Source: a virus. From it: a stretch of DNA of 64,000 nucleotides. Position numbers and translations under genes: made by a program. This document shows positions 36,067-46,570 of this stretch, one piece after another; the first letter of the stretch is position 1; each line of letters starts with the position of its first letter. Location of the stretch: the IMG/VR virus record IMGVR_UViG_3300020203_000404, positions 32,001-96,000 of that record. One strand, written 5' to 3'. A model generated the notes under the pieces. The model saw only the letters and a program-made list of their open reading frames with translations, was not told the DNA's origin and searched no databases.

Positions 36067-37213
36067 TAAGCAGCCCAATATTCCCGCACAAGTTTCGCTT
36101 GAGTTCTTTAGTGGTGAACTAAGCAACGAAGAAACGGGCGTGTATGTTGTTGGTGCCAACGCAATGGAAGATCCGCCGGGCAATGAAAGCGGATCGTATA
36201 CCCTAGACTACGACCTAGTTGTTCCATTTCCAGCGGGTCGCATTACCGAACTTTATGGAGATGAGGGTACGGGCAAGACAACTATCATTCTTGAAATTAT
36301 AGGAAGAGCGTTGTCTACTGATCCGACTAAGCGATGCATGTTTGTCAATATGGAGAAGAGCCTGAATGTTTCGCTCATGAGGACGATTCGTAGTCTACGT
36401 CCATTCGTGGAAGAGGCTGTCTCGAAAAAGAATGATTGTCGTTTTTGGATCGTCAATACTACAAATGGTGAACAAGCCCTTGAGGCGATGCGTCAGTTTG
36501 CTGCCATGTGTCCAGGTGGCATTGCTGCTCTTGACTCTATTGATGCGGCACAACCTGAGACTGTTTTGTCTGGTGCTATTGGCGAGAACCGAGTTGGTAA
36601 TCATGGTAAGTTAATGTCTGATGCTATGCGTAAACTTATCGGTGTAGCCGAACAGAACAATGTTGCGTTAATCTTTACCAATCAAACTCGTAGCAAGATT
36701 ACGTTGTATGGCGATCCAACTACAACGCCGGGTGGTGCTGCCGTTGCATTCTATGCGTCTCAACGTATTCGTCTTAAGAAGCCAACTAAGGCAGATATGA
36801 TTACGATGGCGGATGGTCACATTATTGGCAAGCTGATCAATTATAAGGTGGTCAAGAATAAGTTTGCACCAGAGGGGGCAGAAAATGCCGTACCTCTACT
36901 CTATAATAGCGGTATTTTTCGCGAGCAAGAACTTGTGATTCAGTGCTGTAACTTTGGTATCTTGCGTTTGGGTGGCAAGGGTGGCAAACAAGTTTATTTG
37001 CCCAAGCTAGATCGTGCCACCAATGAATTCGTCAAGAAAGATGCTACGGAACTAGATGGTACATGGATGTCTCAATTCAATGCGTCACGCAAATTATTGC
37101 TTGATCCGGCATTGACGCTTAAGCTTGATCAACAGTTAAAAGCATTCCTTAAGACGGACGCACGCCATGATGTTTTAGATGATCTTACAGATGAAGTTTC
37201 TGACCCTCAGTAA
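36047..37213 (+). CDS. recA: RecA/UvsX-like recombinase
   Basis: GRITELYGDEGTGKTT Walker A; LDSIDA; IFTNQTRSKI; YGDPTTTPGG; VVKNKFAP. Confidence 0.9.
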   Translation: MAKSKTDKQPNIPAQVSLEFFSGELSNEETGVYVVGANAMEDPPGNESGSYTLDYDLVVPFPAGRITELYGDEGTGKTTIILEIIGRALSTDPTKRCMFVNMEKSLNVSLMRTIRSLRPFVEEAVSKKNDCRFWIVNTTNGEQALEAMRQFAAMCPGGIAALDSIDAAQPETVLSGAIGENRVGNHGKLMSDAMRKLIGVAEQNNVALIFTNQTRSKITLYGDPTTTPGGAAVAFYASQRIRLKKPTKADMITMADGHIIGKLINYKVVKNKFAPEGAENAVPLLYNSGIFREQELVIQCCNFGILRLGGKGGKQVYLPKLDRATNEFVKKDATELDGTWMSQFNASRKLLLDPALTLKLDQQLKAFLKTDARHDVLDDLTDEVSDPQ

Positions 37214-37613
37214 AAAAGAAGTGCGTCTTGAGATTCTGCCGAGTAAGTATCCTGTTCGGTCCAGAACTCAGTCTAAGTCTATAGGTCAGTACAATCTGGG
37301 ACGTGCTATCCGTTCTATTTATGGTACGCAAGCTTTAGTTTTAGAAGAGTTTCCTATTCCAGAAGAAAGACTTTTGCTTGACTTTTATATGCCACACAAC
37401 AATCTTGCATTTGAGTTTCAGGGTGTACAACACGACATTTTCAACAAATTCTTTCATGGCGATAAAGATGGCTTCGAGCGTTCAAGGGGCAGGGATCAAC
37501 GTAAGCGAGACTGGTGCGTGCTCAATAAAATCCTATTGATTGAAGTGCGTGACACACTTTCTACTGATGAACTCAAAGATTTGATTCAATCGAACAGGGA
37601 AGACGATGAGTAA
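37191..37613 (+). CDS. PD-(D/E)XK / Vsr-DUF559-like endonuclease
   Basis: LDFYMP...AFEFQGVQH...RDQRKRDWC...LIEV. Confidence 0.75.
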   Translation: MKFLTLSKKEVRLEILPSKYPVRSRTQSKSIGQYNLGRAIRSIYGTQALVLEEFPIPEERLLLDFYMPHNNLAFEFQGVQHDIFNKFFHGDKDGFERSRGRDQRKRDWCVLNKILLIEVRDTLSTDELKDLIQSNREDDE

Positions 37614-39108
37614 TATTGCCGCCGAGCAGGTCTTTTTGGCCGGGGTTATCGCGAACCCAACCAAACTATTTGATTATCTAGACTATCTAGATGATACAGA
37701 TTTTCAGCACTCAGCCACGAAGATGACATTCGAGGCTTTGCGTTCGTTGGTTCTGAATAAGGAAGCAACTAACATCACGAAGTCCAAGCTGGTAGCGGAG
37801 GCCAAAGCTCTTGGTCACCAGAACTATCTATCAGCCACCAAGGATGGGGCGTGGATTGATGAACTCTATAGGGAAAAAGTTGGTGAACAAGAACTAACCG
37901 ACCTCTTCCTAGAGATTAAGCGTCAGACACTTAAAGGTAGTTACAGGCGTGCCTTTGAAGACACCAACAACTATCTGACAACTACGTCTGATCCTTTGTC
38001 GATCATGATTGGTAAGGTCGAAGATGCGATCATTAGCCAAGTTAATACACTTGATCGTGGCGAAAACGCTCCTGTACTCCTGACCAAAGGCATTTTCGAG
38101 TTCATTGACGCACTCGCGAACGATCCTGGAAATTTAGGAATAGATTTGGGTTTCCCAATATGGCAAGATCGTGTGGGTCAATTCAGAAACGGGTCTGTAA
38201 CTTTTGTGGTGGCTACAGCTAAGGCTGGTAAGTCGCAGTTTGCGTTACGTGCAGCCCTCAATACAGCCCGGAAAGGACTGCCGGTCATCTTGTGTGATAG
38301 TGAACTTAACAAGAATGATCAACAGATTCGTCTTGTGGCCCTGATGGCTCGTGTACCATTCCAGTACATTGAAACTGGTTTTTGGAAGATGACCCCAGAG
38401 CAGTTGAAGTTTCATGGAGTAACTGATGAGCAGCAGATTTCGCACATTATGGAATGTGGTCGCCGCATTCGTGACCCTGAGTTACGTGAGCGTGTTTTGG
38501 CCTTACCTATTACATACCAATCTATTTCGGGCATGGATGTATCTGCCGTCATTCCGCATCTACGTCGCTGGATTCTAAAAGACGTTAAGCCAGACCGCAC
38601 TACAAAGAATGCACAGTGTTTAGTAGTCTACGACTACATTAAGTTGGCGACCGTTTCTGAACTTAAGGCTAATCATAATTTAGCTGAGTGGCAGATGCAC
38701 GGTATCAACGTAGCGTTGTTACATGACACGATGAAGAAGTATAACATTCCTTGTCTGGCGTTTGGTCAGACAAATAATGAGGTTGACGAAGGCATCAAGT
38801 GTGTTGCTGGTGGTAAGCGTATTAGCGAAAACGTTACGTCGGTGAGTTACCTTAAAAGAAAGACAGATGATGAAAGAGCGTTTGACGGCAATGGTTCTCA
38901 CTATTTACGAGTATTTGTTACCCGTTATGGTGCGGGTACACCGACTGGTCACATCAATTTTGACGCTGATTTGAGTTGTGGTGATTTCAAAGAGATCGGC
39001 CTTAGTACCGTGAACTTCAATGAAGAGCGTCAAAAGCGGTTAGATCAGTTTAAGAAGAGTCGTGACGTAGCCTCCAAGAGAAAGGGTGCCGATGATGAAG
39101 ATGACTGA
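37606..39108 (+). CDS. dnaB: DnaB-like replicative helicase
   Basis: N-terminal AEQVFLAGVI; Walker A ATAKAGKS; DSEL; VVYDYIKL; GQTN. Confidence 0.85.
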   Translation: MSNIAAEQVFLAGVIANPTKLFDYLDYLDDTDFQHSATKMTFEALRSLVLNKEATNITKSKLVAEAKALGHQNYLSATKDGAWIDELYREKVGEQELTDLFLEIKRQTLKGSYRRAFEDTNNYLTTTSDPLSIMIGKVEDAIISQVNTLDRGENAPVLLTKGIFEFIDALANDPGNLGIDLGFPIWQDRVGQFRNGSVTFVVATAKAGKSQFALRAALNTARKGLPVILCDSELNKNDQQIRLVALMARVPFQYIETGFWKMTPEQLKFHGVTDEQQISHIMECGRRIRDPELRERVLALPITYQSISGMDVSAVIPHLRRWILKDVKPDRTTKNAQCLVVYDYIKLATVSELKANHNLAEWQMHGINVALLHDTMKKYNIPCLAFGQTNNEVDEGIKCVAGGKRISENVTSVSYLKRKTDDERAFDGNGSHYLRVFVTRYGAGTPTGHINFDADLSCGDFKEIGLSTVNFNEERQKRLDQFKKSRDVASKRKGADDEDD

Positions 39109-40147
39109 AAACGAAAAAGTGGCTTTACGTAATCACGCAAATCGCAACATTACTTATCTACTTGATAAGCTTGCAATCAACTATACCGATCGTGGAGATG
39201 GTCTTATTCAGTCATGTTGCAAGTGTCAACAACATGGTGGAAATCGTGATAATCCCACCGCCTTTAGTTGGCGTCCAGGTCTCGGCAGGTGGGTGTGTTG
39301 GACTCATCACTGCGAAGAGTCACGAGGCAACGACATTTTTGGTCTTGTAGGTAGCATTCTCGGCATCAATTTTCTCGGCACTTCTAAGTGGATTCATGAT
39401 CGTCTATCTGAGAAGAGTATTGACGTAACTCAAGTCGCAGCCCCGCCCGAGAATCTTTATCGTGGAACGGCACTTCATACACATGAACCACTCAAGGAGG
39501 ATAATCTGCGTTTCTTGCAGATGGATCCCGAGTACCTGATTAAGCGTGGCTTTAGCAAGGAAGTACTAAGAGACTACAACGCTGGATTGTGGCAACGTCC
39601 TGGAACATTCATGCATGATCGTGTAGTGTTTCCGATTCGAGACCATGATGGATTCTTGGTTGGCTATAGTGGCCGTACTATTCATTCAGAGAAATACTTC
39701 ACTGAGAAGGGTACCGAGTATCGCAAATGGATTCATGGTCGCAACTATAATCTATGGCCAAAGCGTGGCGAACTTTTGATTAGTTCATTGCTATTCAATC
39801 TCAATAGAGCAAAGCGTTTTATGGGTCAGCAGAGGAAGATGATCGTAGTAGAGGGGCCGCTTGATGGCATGAAGCTGGAAATGTCCGGCATTCATAACTG
39901 GGTAGCGACCCTCGGAACGACATTTTGTGTCAACCACAGAACTCTATTGGTTAAGTATGGCATTACTGACGTGTACGTCGCTTATGATGACGATGAAAAC
40001 GATGCCGGTGACAAGGGACTCACGAGACTTAAGCGTGTTGTTGGTGACATCTTTAACGTTCATCAAGTTGATCTTAATGGATCGCACGATTGCGGCGAAC
40101 TTTCTATCGAACAACTTCAACTCATTTTCAAGGGTGTAGGATGCTAA
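39101..40147 (+). CDS. dnaG: DNA primase (DnaG-like)
   Basis: Zn-binding C..H...DNPTAFS...C...C; DRVVFPIRD..G.LVGYSGR; TOPRIM VVEGPLD and YDDD. Confidence 0.9.
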   Translation: MTENEKVALRNHANRNITYLLDKLAINYTDRGDGLIQSCCKCQQHGGNRDNPTAFSWRPGLGRWVCWTHHCEESRGNDIFGLVGSILGINFLGTSKWIHDRLSEKSIDVTQVAAPPENLYRGTALHTHEPLKEDNLRFLQMDPEYLIKRGFSKEVLRDYNAGLWQRPGTFMHDRVVFPIRDHDGFLVGYSGRTIHSEKYFTEKGTEYRKWIHGRNYNLWPKRGELLISSLLFNLNRAKRFMGQQRKMIVVEGPLDGMKLEMSGIHNWVATLGTTFCVNHRTLLVKYGITDVYVAYDDDENDAGDKGLTRLKRVVGDIFNVHQVDLNGSHDCGELSIEQLQLIFKGVGC

Positions 40148-41109
40148 AACTCAAATCATGTTCACCTAGCCGTATCAAGACGTATGACATGTGTAAGTTT
40201 AAATACTGGCTTACCTATAATTGCCCTGGTCTAAAGCTTAAGACAAATTGGGGGGCGGTACATGGATCTTTATTGCATGATGTCTTGGAGAATCTTGCTA
40301 ATGAAAATGATACAGATTGGATGAGTCGTCTGTACAGGGGGTATGCTGGTGAACTTGCTACGTTAGACCGCAATGGTCAGCCTGAGATTATGGAGTCACC
40401 TCTAGTCTGGGCGAAGACTAAAGACTATCATGACAAGAAGCCTTACTGTGATACCTGTCCATATAAGCAGGGCGATATATGTGGCATCTCTAAAGAGAAG
40501 CTTGATGATCTAACGGGCTGTCCACGGAACCTGTTTGATGGTTCGGTCAGTATGCTTGAGACGACCATTAAGAAGTATAGAAATGGCATTTGGGACAAGA
40601 TGCTTCGGGACGCGAAGGGCGTTCCTATCGGCACTGAGTATTCCTTTAATATCAAGCTTACAGGCACGGACGTTCCTCTGATCGGCATTATGGATCTCGT
40701 GATCGAAGAAGATCCCGAAACGATTCACATCATCGACTATAAGAGTGGTGCTTGGGTACAAAGTTATGCTGAGTGTCGCGAAGACATTCAAGTAAAGATC
40801 TATTCAATGGCGAGCCGTAAAGAGTTCATTGAAGACGTGAACAACAAGGGATACAAATACAAGAATGTCATGTTGACTTTCGACTACTTTACCAGCACCC
40901 CCATTACTATCGCTTTTACAGCGGAAGAGGATGCTGAGACAGAAATTTCGACAGTTAAAAAGATTCATGAGATTCAAGACACCAATTGGATTGATCGTAT
41001 TGTTCGTAGTAACGAAGACTTCTCTCAGCGTTGGGCTTGGAAGTGTAAGTCGCTTTGCGATACGGAAGTGTGTGCATCTAAGTGGACGGGAAAGTTCAAG
41101 ACGGAATGA
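40141..41109 (+). CDS. PD-(D/E)XK exonuclease (RecB/Cas4-like)
   Basis: SPSRIKTYDMC; GSLLHDVLE; GIMDLV...IIDYKSG; QVKIY; C-terminal Cys cluster. Confidence 0.85.
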   Translation: MLKLKSCSPSRIKTYDMCKFKYWLTYNCPGLKLKTNWGAVHGSLLHDVLENLANENDTDWMSRLYRGYAGELATLDRNGQPEIMESPLVWAKTKDYHDKKPYCDTCPYKQGDICGISKEKLDDLTGCPRNLFDGSVSMLETTIKKYRNGIWDKMLRDAKGVPIGTEYSFNIKLTGTDVPLIGIMDLVIEEDPETIHIIDYKSGAWVQSYAECREDIQVKIYSMASRKEFIEDVNNKGYKYKNVMLTFDYFTSTPITIAFTAEEDAETEISTVKKIHEIQDTNWIDRIVRSNEDFSQRWAWKCKSLCDTEVCASKWTGKFKTE

Positions 41110-41684
41110 TGGCACGAATTTCAAAAGATCTGATTGACGCATACTTTCAATATGGCGTTGACATTACCAATCGAAAAGTGTTCTTGTTTGACGACGTTGA
41201 TGCCAGCAGTATTGGTGCTGTCATTAAAGGTCTATATTTAATGGAGTCTCAATATTCAAATAAGCCAATTGAACTTTTTGTAGGCTCGTTTGGTGGATCT
41301 GAATATGATATGTTTGCCCTGTATGATGTATGTCGTACATTAGTGAGTCCCATTTATACTACAGCCATTGGCAAGTGTATGTCTGCGGCACCACTGCTTG
41401 TTGCCGCAGGCGAAAAAGGACATCGCTATGCTACTCCCAATACCTTTTTCATGGTTCATGAGTCATGGGAAGAATTTGGTGCCAAAAGAGTTGATGAGCT
41501 TGAATTGGACTTAAGGCACTATAGAGTTATGGGATCCAAGTGGGGTGAATTGATGGGTAAACACAGTAACAAAACTTCTAAGTTTTGGCTAGGTCTTTGT
41601 AAAAAATCTGGCGACACTTACTTTGACGCCGAACAGGCTTTAGAGTGGGGTTTGATTGATCACATTTGGGATGAGAAGGAGTGA
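41106..41684 (+). CDS. clpP: ClpP-like protease
   Basis: RKVFLFDDVD; SFGGS; GKCMSAA (catalytic Ser); FMVHE; DTYFDAEQALEWGLIDHI. Confidence 0.9.
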   Translation: MMARISKDLIDAYFQYGVDITNRKVFLFDDVDASSIGAVIKGLYLMESQYSNKPIELFVGSFGGSEYDMFALYDVCRTLVSPIYTTAIGKCMSAAPLLVAAGEKGHRYATPNTFFMVHESWEEFGAKRVDELELDLRHYRVMGSKWGELMGKHSNKTSKFWLGLCKKSGDTYFDAEQALEWGLIDHIWDEKE

Positions 41685-41685
41685 T

Positions 41686-42366
41686 ATGTCGAAATCAGTA
41701 GTACGTATTATGTGCTGGAAACGCTCACACGTTACCGAATTGGTCATGAATAGGAGTCAGGAGCAGAAACTTGAATCGGATATTCCTAAGATGAAGAAGG
41801 TGTGTCCTGATTGCAAGCCAGAACATTCTGCCATTACGATTGTGGGTGGTGCAACAGTGTTTAGTCAAGCGAAAGGCTATCGTTGCGAGCATGGTCACTT
41901 GAGTCTAATCTCGACGCTCGGCAAGCAACTACACGTCTGTTTTGGTCCCAGTAATGATGAATTTGTGAACGTTACAGGATCGCTGGCCGATTTGCCGAAT
42001 TTGGTTGACGAGGGTTACATTGCGTGTAATCATGTAGTGGATGGAAAGATGTGCGACTGTAAGCTAACCGCTATTGATGACTCTGTTCTGAATTACCCGT
42101 CGTCTCCTGGTATCAAAACTAGAATGCGTGTTGGTGATTTGTGGGATCGTCATGGTATCGAGCCGGTACGTACAGGCAACTATGACGGACAGGGCGGCTA
42201 TAATGATAGTCGTTCACAGAAAGCTAACAACGATCGGTTGGCTCGTATGAGCAGAACACGCAATACATCGAAGGACCGTCAGCCCGGCAAGACAATCAAT
42301 AAGGCCACGAAAACAGATTACGGACATCGTAACAAGTCGTCCGTAAATCCAGACAGACTCAAATGA
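41686..42366 (+). CDS. Hypothetical Cys/His-rich (Zn-binding) protein with a basic tail
   Basis: RBS AAGGAG; CPDC, CEHGH, CNH, CDC motifs. Confidence 0.65.
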   Translation: MSKSVVRIMCWKRSHVTELVMNRSQEQKLESDIPKMKKVCPDCKPEHSAITIVGGATVFSQAKGYRCEHGHLSLISTLGKQLHVCFGPSNDEFVNVTGSLADLPNLVDEGYIACNHVVDGKMCDCKLTAIDDSVLNYPSSPGIKTRMRVGDLWDRHGIEPVRTGNYDGQGGYNDSRSQKANNDRLARMSRTRNTSKDRQPGKTINKATKTDYGHRNKSSVNPDRLK

Positions 42367-45300
42367 ATTTCACTCACCTAAACGTTCACTCGAAGGCGTC
42401 GATGCTATATGGATCGGCCAACGTCAAGGACATCATTAAGTGTGCCAAAGACTTGGGACAAACGTCCGTCGCACTAACAGACTATTCCAATCTTTTTAAT
42501 GCGATTGAGTTTTACAAGCAGGCCAAGACTGCTGGACTAAAGCCTATTCTTGGCGTTGATATTTTCTTCTGTGAGGACGCTGAGCAGCTACGTATTCAAA
42601 AGGTGCGACAAGTTTCGCATTTGATTCTGTTGGCAGAGACGGACGAAGGTTGGAAGAATATCGCGAGGATTGTTTCGGAGGCGAATAGCGAAGCTAACTA
42701 TTATTACAATCCCCGTGTTGACTTTAAGTTGCTTGAAAAGTACAAAGAGGGTGTGATTTGTTTGACTGGCGGTAGCCTTGATGGTGTGATTGCAAGGTAC
42801 CTGTATGATAAGCCCACTGAGGATGGCAATGACGTTGAGCCCGCAGCTATTTTTAAAGCCGAGGGCATGGTACGTCGCTTCTTGAAGATCTACGATCAAT
42901 CTCATTTCTTCCTCGAAGTGCAATCTACTGGCTTAGTGCAGCAAGAACAGATCAATAGTCGCTTGCGTACTATGGCACTCAAGTATGGCATTAAGACCGT
43001 GGCGACCGGCAACGTTCACTACGTTCATCAGCATGACGCGGAGTCTCATAAGACGTTGCTGGCTATGAGCGAGAATGCCTACAGTAAGCTCACGTACACT
43101 GACTTTTCGCACGAAGAATACTACATCAAGTCTCGCGAGCAAATGCTTGCGGCTGGTCTACAAGAGGCTGAGCTTGATGTTACGAATGAGATTGCTGAGC
43201 GTTGTAACGTCACGATTGACATTAACAAGAGACGCTTACCTAAGTACGCTTTCGTGCCAGATGGCAAGACTTCTGATGAGTATTTGGTTGAGATTGCCAA
43301 CGATGGGCTTTCTCGTATTCTCAAGGTTGCTGGATCAGAACAAGACTATCAGGATCGTCTCGATCGTGAATTGAATGACATTCGCGAAATGGGGTTCTCT
43401 GACTACTTCCTCATCGTTCACGACGTGATCTCGTGGATTCACAGCAAGGAAATTTTACTCGGGCGTGGCCGTGGCTCTGCTGGTGGTAGCCTTGTGAGTT
43501 ACGCCCTCGGGATTACCAACATTGATCCACTCCAGTACGGCTTGATTTGGGAACGCTTCATGAACAAGGGGCGTGGTGGATTGCCTGACATCGACACGGA
43601 CGTGCCACGTTCGAAGCGTCAGAAGGTCTTGGAGTATGTTCGCAATCGTTTCGGTGCTGGCAACGTTGCTCAGCTTGTAACCTTCAATGGCTTGCAAGCG
43701 AGAGCCGTGCTCAAGGAAGTGTTTCGTGTGTATGACATGCCGTTCGATGAGGCCAACAAGATCACCGCGTTGGTTCCCGCGAAGAACGACGAGCACGTTG
43801 CTATCAGTCTGGATGAGGCTATCGAGTCCGTCAAGGAACTCAAAGAATACGCCGAGAAGTACAAGCCATGGTTCACCATCGCTCGTGCCCTCGAAGGTTG
43901 CTACAAGTCAACTGGTTTGCATGCTGCTGCTGTTGTGATCTCGGACGTTCCGTTTGACGAAAGTGCCTATCCTCTGACTCGTTCAAAGGATGGCGATCTA
44001 ATTTTCGGTTGGGACATGAACACGGTCGATTCTTTGAATCTGCTTAAGTTGGATATCTTGGGATTGAATACACTTGATGACATTCAGGTGACCATGGATT
44101 TGGTTGCTGAGCGTCGCAAGATTGACATCTCTCGCTCTTCTATGCCTCTGGACGATCCGATTACCTACGCCATGATTGGTCAGGGGTTTACGGTTGGTGT
44201 TTTCCAGATCGAAAAGCAGCTTGGTAGAACATGGAGCAAGAATCTTAGGCCGGAAAGTATAGAACAGCTAAGTGACTTATGTAGTATTATTCGTCCTGGT
44301 CCGCTTGACTCTGGTATGGCAACTCAATATCGCGACGTGAAGATGAAGGGGGGGGATCCGACCTACATTCATCCTGCTCTTGAGCCTATTCTCAAGAATA
44401 CCTATTCAGGTCTTTTGTATCAAGAACAGGTAATTGAGATCTGTCGTGTACTTGCTGGCATGTCTTTGATCGACGCCGACAAGGTGCGTAAGGCGATGGG
44501 CAAGAAGAAGCCCGAAGAGATGAAGAAGTGGGAACAAATCTTCACGGCTGGATGTAGCAAGAACGGGATTGACCCTGACATTGCTCTGTCTATTTGGAGC
44601 TACATCGACAAGTTCGCGGGGTATGGATTTAACAAATCTCACGGTGTCGGTTATGCTTTGATGGCTTATGAGACTGCCTATCTCAAAGCCAACTATACGG
44701 TTGAGTTCTTGTGTGCTAAGCTTTCGAATTCAGACGGCGAAGCCGAGAAACTGAGTGGTTTGGTGTACGATGCCAAACTATTTGGTATCGAAGTCACACC
44801 GCCTCGTATTACGCATGCAAATAAAGACTTCGATGTGGTCACAGACAGGCATATCGCTTTCGGTCTCACAGCCCTCAAGGGTGTTGGCGTGGCCGCTGTG
44901 GGCGACATGATCAAGTTGTCGAAGGGCCTCAAGACTTTCGACGAGATCATCTGGAAGTGGGCGACCACCAAGAGTAAGGTAACGAGTGCCACTATGATGG
45001 CGTTCATTAAAGGTGGAGCACTTGATGACGTGCAAGAAAATCGCGTTCGTGGCGTTTCACGTTTGAAGTTGCTTGATAACTTGACCGACAAGGAACGCGA
45101 GACTGTGACGCGGTTGATGCAAATTGAAACTGATGTCACTGATTGGGTGCGTTTCGTGAAATCATTGTCCGATGACAACAAGGTCGATCAGATTAAAGAG
45201 AAATATGGCGTGACAATTCCGAACGTACGTCGTCGTGCTACAATTCGTGAGCTATTACAAGAGTACGATGCTGGCGAACTCTTTGATAGTAAGGCTCAAC

Positions 45301-45650
45301 GCATTGCCTGGGAGCAGTTTTATCTTGGTATTTCACTTAGTGGTAGCGAAGCCGACATCTACAAAGCCCGCCACAAGTGCGTGGACTTGGTGAAGAACGC
45401 ATCTGCTGATATGGCTTTCGAGATTGCCGTATGTGTTGATAGCGTACGTCAAATTACAACCAAGAAGGGTGATGACATGGCCTTTGTGACAGCTCGTGAC
45501 AATACCTATCAAATGGACAACATCGTCGTTTTTCCAAGAACATTTGCTCTATCTAAAGGGCTTTTGGAATCTGGCAATGTCATTCGTATTAAAGGTAAAG
45601 TTGATGATCGTGGCTCACTGATCGCCGACGTTGTGGAAAGACTTAAATGA
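42363..45650 (+). CDS. dnaE: DNA polymerase III alpha subunit (family C)
   Basis: PHP domain HLNVHS; GRGSAGGSLVSYALGIT; PDIDTD; HAAAVVI; KLDILGL; RPGP; YGFNKSH; C-terminal OB fold; no intein. Confidence 0.97.
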   Translation: MNFTHLNVHSKASMLYGSANVKDIIKCAKDLGQTSVALTDYSNLFNAIEFYKQAKTAGLKPILGVDIFFCEDAEQLRIQKVRQVSHLILLAETDEGWKNIARIVSEANSEANYYYNPRVDFKLLEKYKEGVICLTGGSLDGVIARYLYDKPTEDGNDVEPAAIFKAEGMVRRFLKIYDQSHFFLEVQSTGLVQQEQINSRLRTMALKYGIKTVATGNVHYVHQHDAESHKTLLAMSENAYSKLTYTDFSHEEYYIKSREQMLAAGLQEAELDVTNEIAERCNVTIDINKRRLPKYAFVPDGKTSDEYLVEIANDGLSRILKVAGSEQDYQDRLDRELNDIREMGFSDYFLIVHDVISWIHSKEILLGRGRGSAGGSLVSYALGITNIDPLQYGLIWERFMNKGRGGLPDIDTDVPRSKRQKVLEYVRNRFGAGNVAQLVTFNGLQARAVLKEVFRVYDMPFDEANKITALVPAKNDEHVAISLDEAIESVKELKEYAEKYKPWFTIARALEGCYKSTGLHAAAVVISDVPFDESAYPLTRSKDGDLIFGWDMNTVDSLNLLKLDILGLNTLDDIQVTMDLVAERRKIDISRSSMPLDDPITYAMIGQGFTVGVFQIEKQLGRTWSKNLRPESIEQLSDLCSIIRPGPLDSGMATQYRDVKMKGGDPTYIHPALEPILKNTYSGLLYQEQVIEICRVLAGMSLIDADKVRKAMGKKKPEEMKKWEQIFTAGCSKNGIDPDIALSIWSYIDKFAGYGFNKSHGVGYALMAYETAYLKANYTVEFLCAKLSNSDGEAEKLSGLVYDAKLFGIEVTPPRITHANKDFDVVTDRHIAFGLTALKGVGVAAVGDMIKLSKGLKTFDEIIWKWATTKSKVTSATMMAFIKGGALDDVQENRVRGVSRLKLLDNLTDKERETVTRLMQIETDVTDWVRFVKSLSDDNKVDQIKEKYGVTIPNVRRRATIRELLQEYDAGELFDSKAQRIAWEQFYLGISLSGSEADIYKARHKCVDLVKNASADMAFEIAVCVDSVRQITTKKGDDMAFVTARDNTYQMDNIVVFPRTFALSKGLLESGNVIRIKGKVDDRGSLIADVVERLK

Positions 45651-45862
45651 ATTACGAATACGATTTTGAAGATATTGGTCTCACGGAAGATCAACGCAAA
45701 CTTGTTGAATTGGGGATGGCAAAGGTTGAAGATCTTAATGTCATCATCAAGAAAGCAATTAACGCACGATCAAAAAACGGCTGGGAACCACTTTATCCAT
45801 TCTCTGTGCCGCTCATGTGGTTTAGACGAATTCCTCCCACACAAAAACGAAAAACTAAGTGA
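45647..45862 (+). CDS. Small hypothetical protein
   Basis: ATGA overlap; YEY...IN....GWE pattern. Confidence 0.55.
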   Translation: MNYEYDFEDIGLTEDQRKLVELGMAKVEDLNVIIKKAINARSKNGWEPLYPFSVPLMWFRRIPPTQKRKTK

Positions 45863-45910
45863 CGGTTATGTTGATTGGTGTCATTATAATGATGGATGGA
45901 GGACTTAGAC

Positions 45911-46570
45911 ATGATGGTTGATGTATCTGACGACACAGTAGCACAGATTCTTGAACAGTATCATCCCTTTGTTCGCTACATTGCTAAACGTGCCTGTTGC
46001 TCATCTGCGACGCTTGATATCAACGACTTGTATCAGGTTGGAGATATGGCTGTTTTACGAGCGGTTAAAGCATATGATCCTTCATCTGGTACTAACATCA
46101 AGTCGTTTGTTACAAACTCCATTCGAAACGCGATCTTTAACGAGGCGGCTCGTTTTCTTGGTGTATTGACAGTTGATTTTAGAACGACCGCCTTGGCGTC
46201 TATGGCGTCAAAATTGCACGAAAAAGGACAAAGTGACGAAGAGATCGCAGTTATGTTAACTAACAAGTATGGTCGCAATTTCGATGCAGATCATGCTCGC
46301 GACTTGCGTATCACCTATAGTCGTAGACACTATACACAAGTACAAGAAGATATCACGGTAGACGGTATTGAGAATGATTTCTCGATCAGGGATCTATTGG
46401 ACAGTGTTGTAAGGGACGAGACAGATCGTATCATCCTTCATAGACGCATACTGGGTGGTCTCTCTGTAGAACAGATAGCGGCCATTCTTCATATTTCAAG
46501 AAGGGCGGTTTCCAAAAAAGAGACCCGCCTTAAGACCAGAATCAAACGAGCCCTTGAGGACGCGGCATAA
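45911..46570 (+). CDS. Phage RNA polymerase sigma factor (sigma70 family)
   Basis: RBS GGAGG; region 2 DLYQVGDMAVLRAVKAYDP...FVTNSIRNAI; region 4 LSVEQIAAILHISRRAV. Confidence 0.85.
   Translation: MMVDVSDDTVAQILEQYHPFVRYIAKRACCSSATLDINDLYQVGDMAVLRAVKAYDPSSGTNIKSFVTNSIRNAIFNEAARFLGVLTVDFRTTALASMASKLHEKGQSDEEIAVMLTNKYGRNFDADHARDLRITYSRRHYTQVQEDITVDGIENDFSIRDLLDSVVRDETDRIILHRRILGGLSVEQIAAILHISRRAVSKKETRLKTRIKRALEDAA

Noticed and set aside
40141-41109. Cas4-like nuclease as a CRISPR-Cas component
   Set aside because: Stand-alone in the replication module, as is common in phages; no array or other cas genes seen
42363-45650. Intein or intron in dnaE (also checked recA and the helicase)
   Set aside because: Normal lengths with contiguous motifs; no intein-like termini seen
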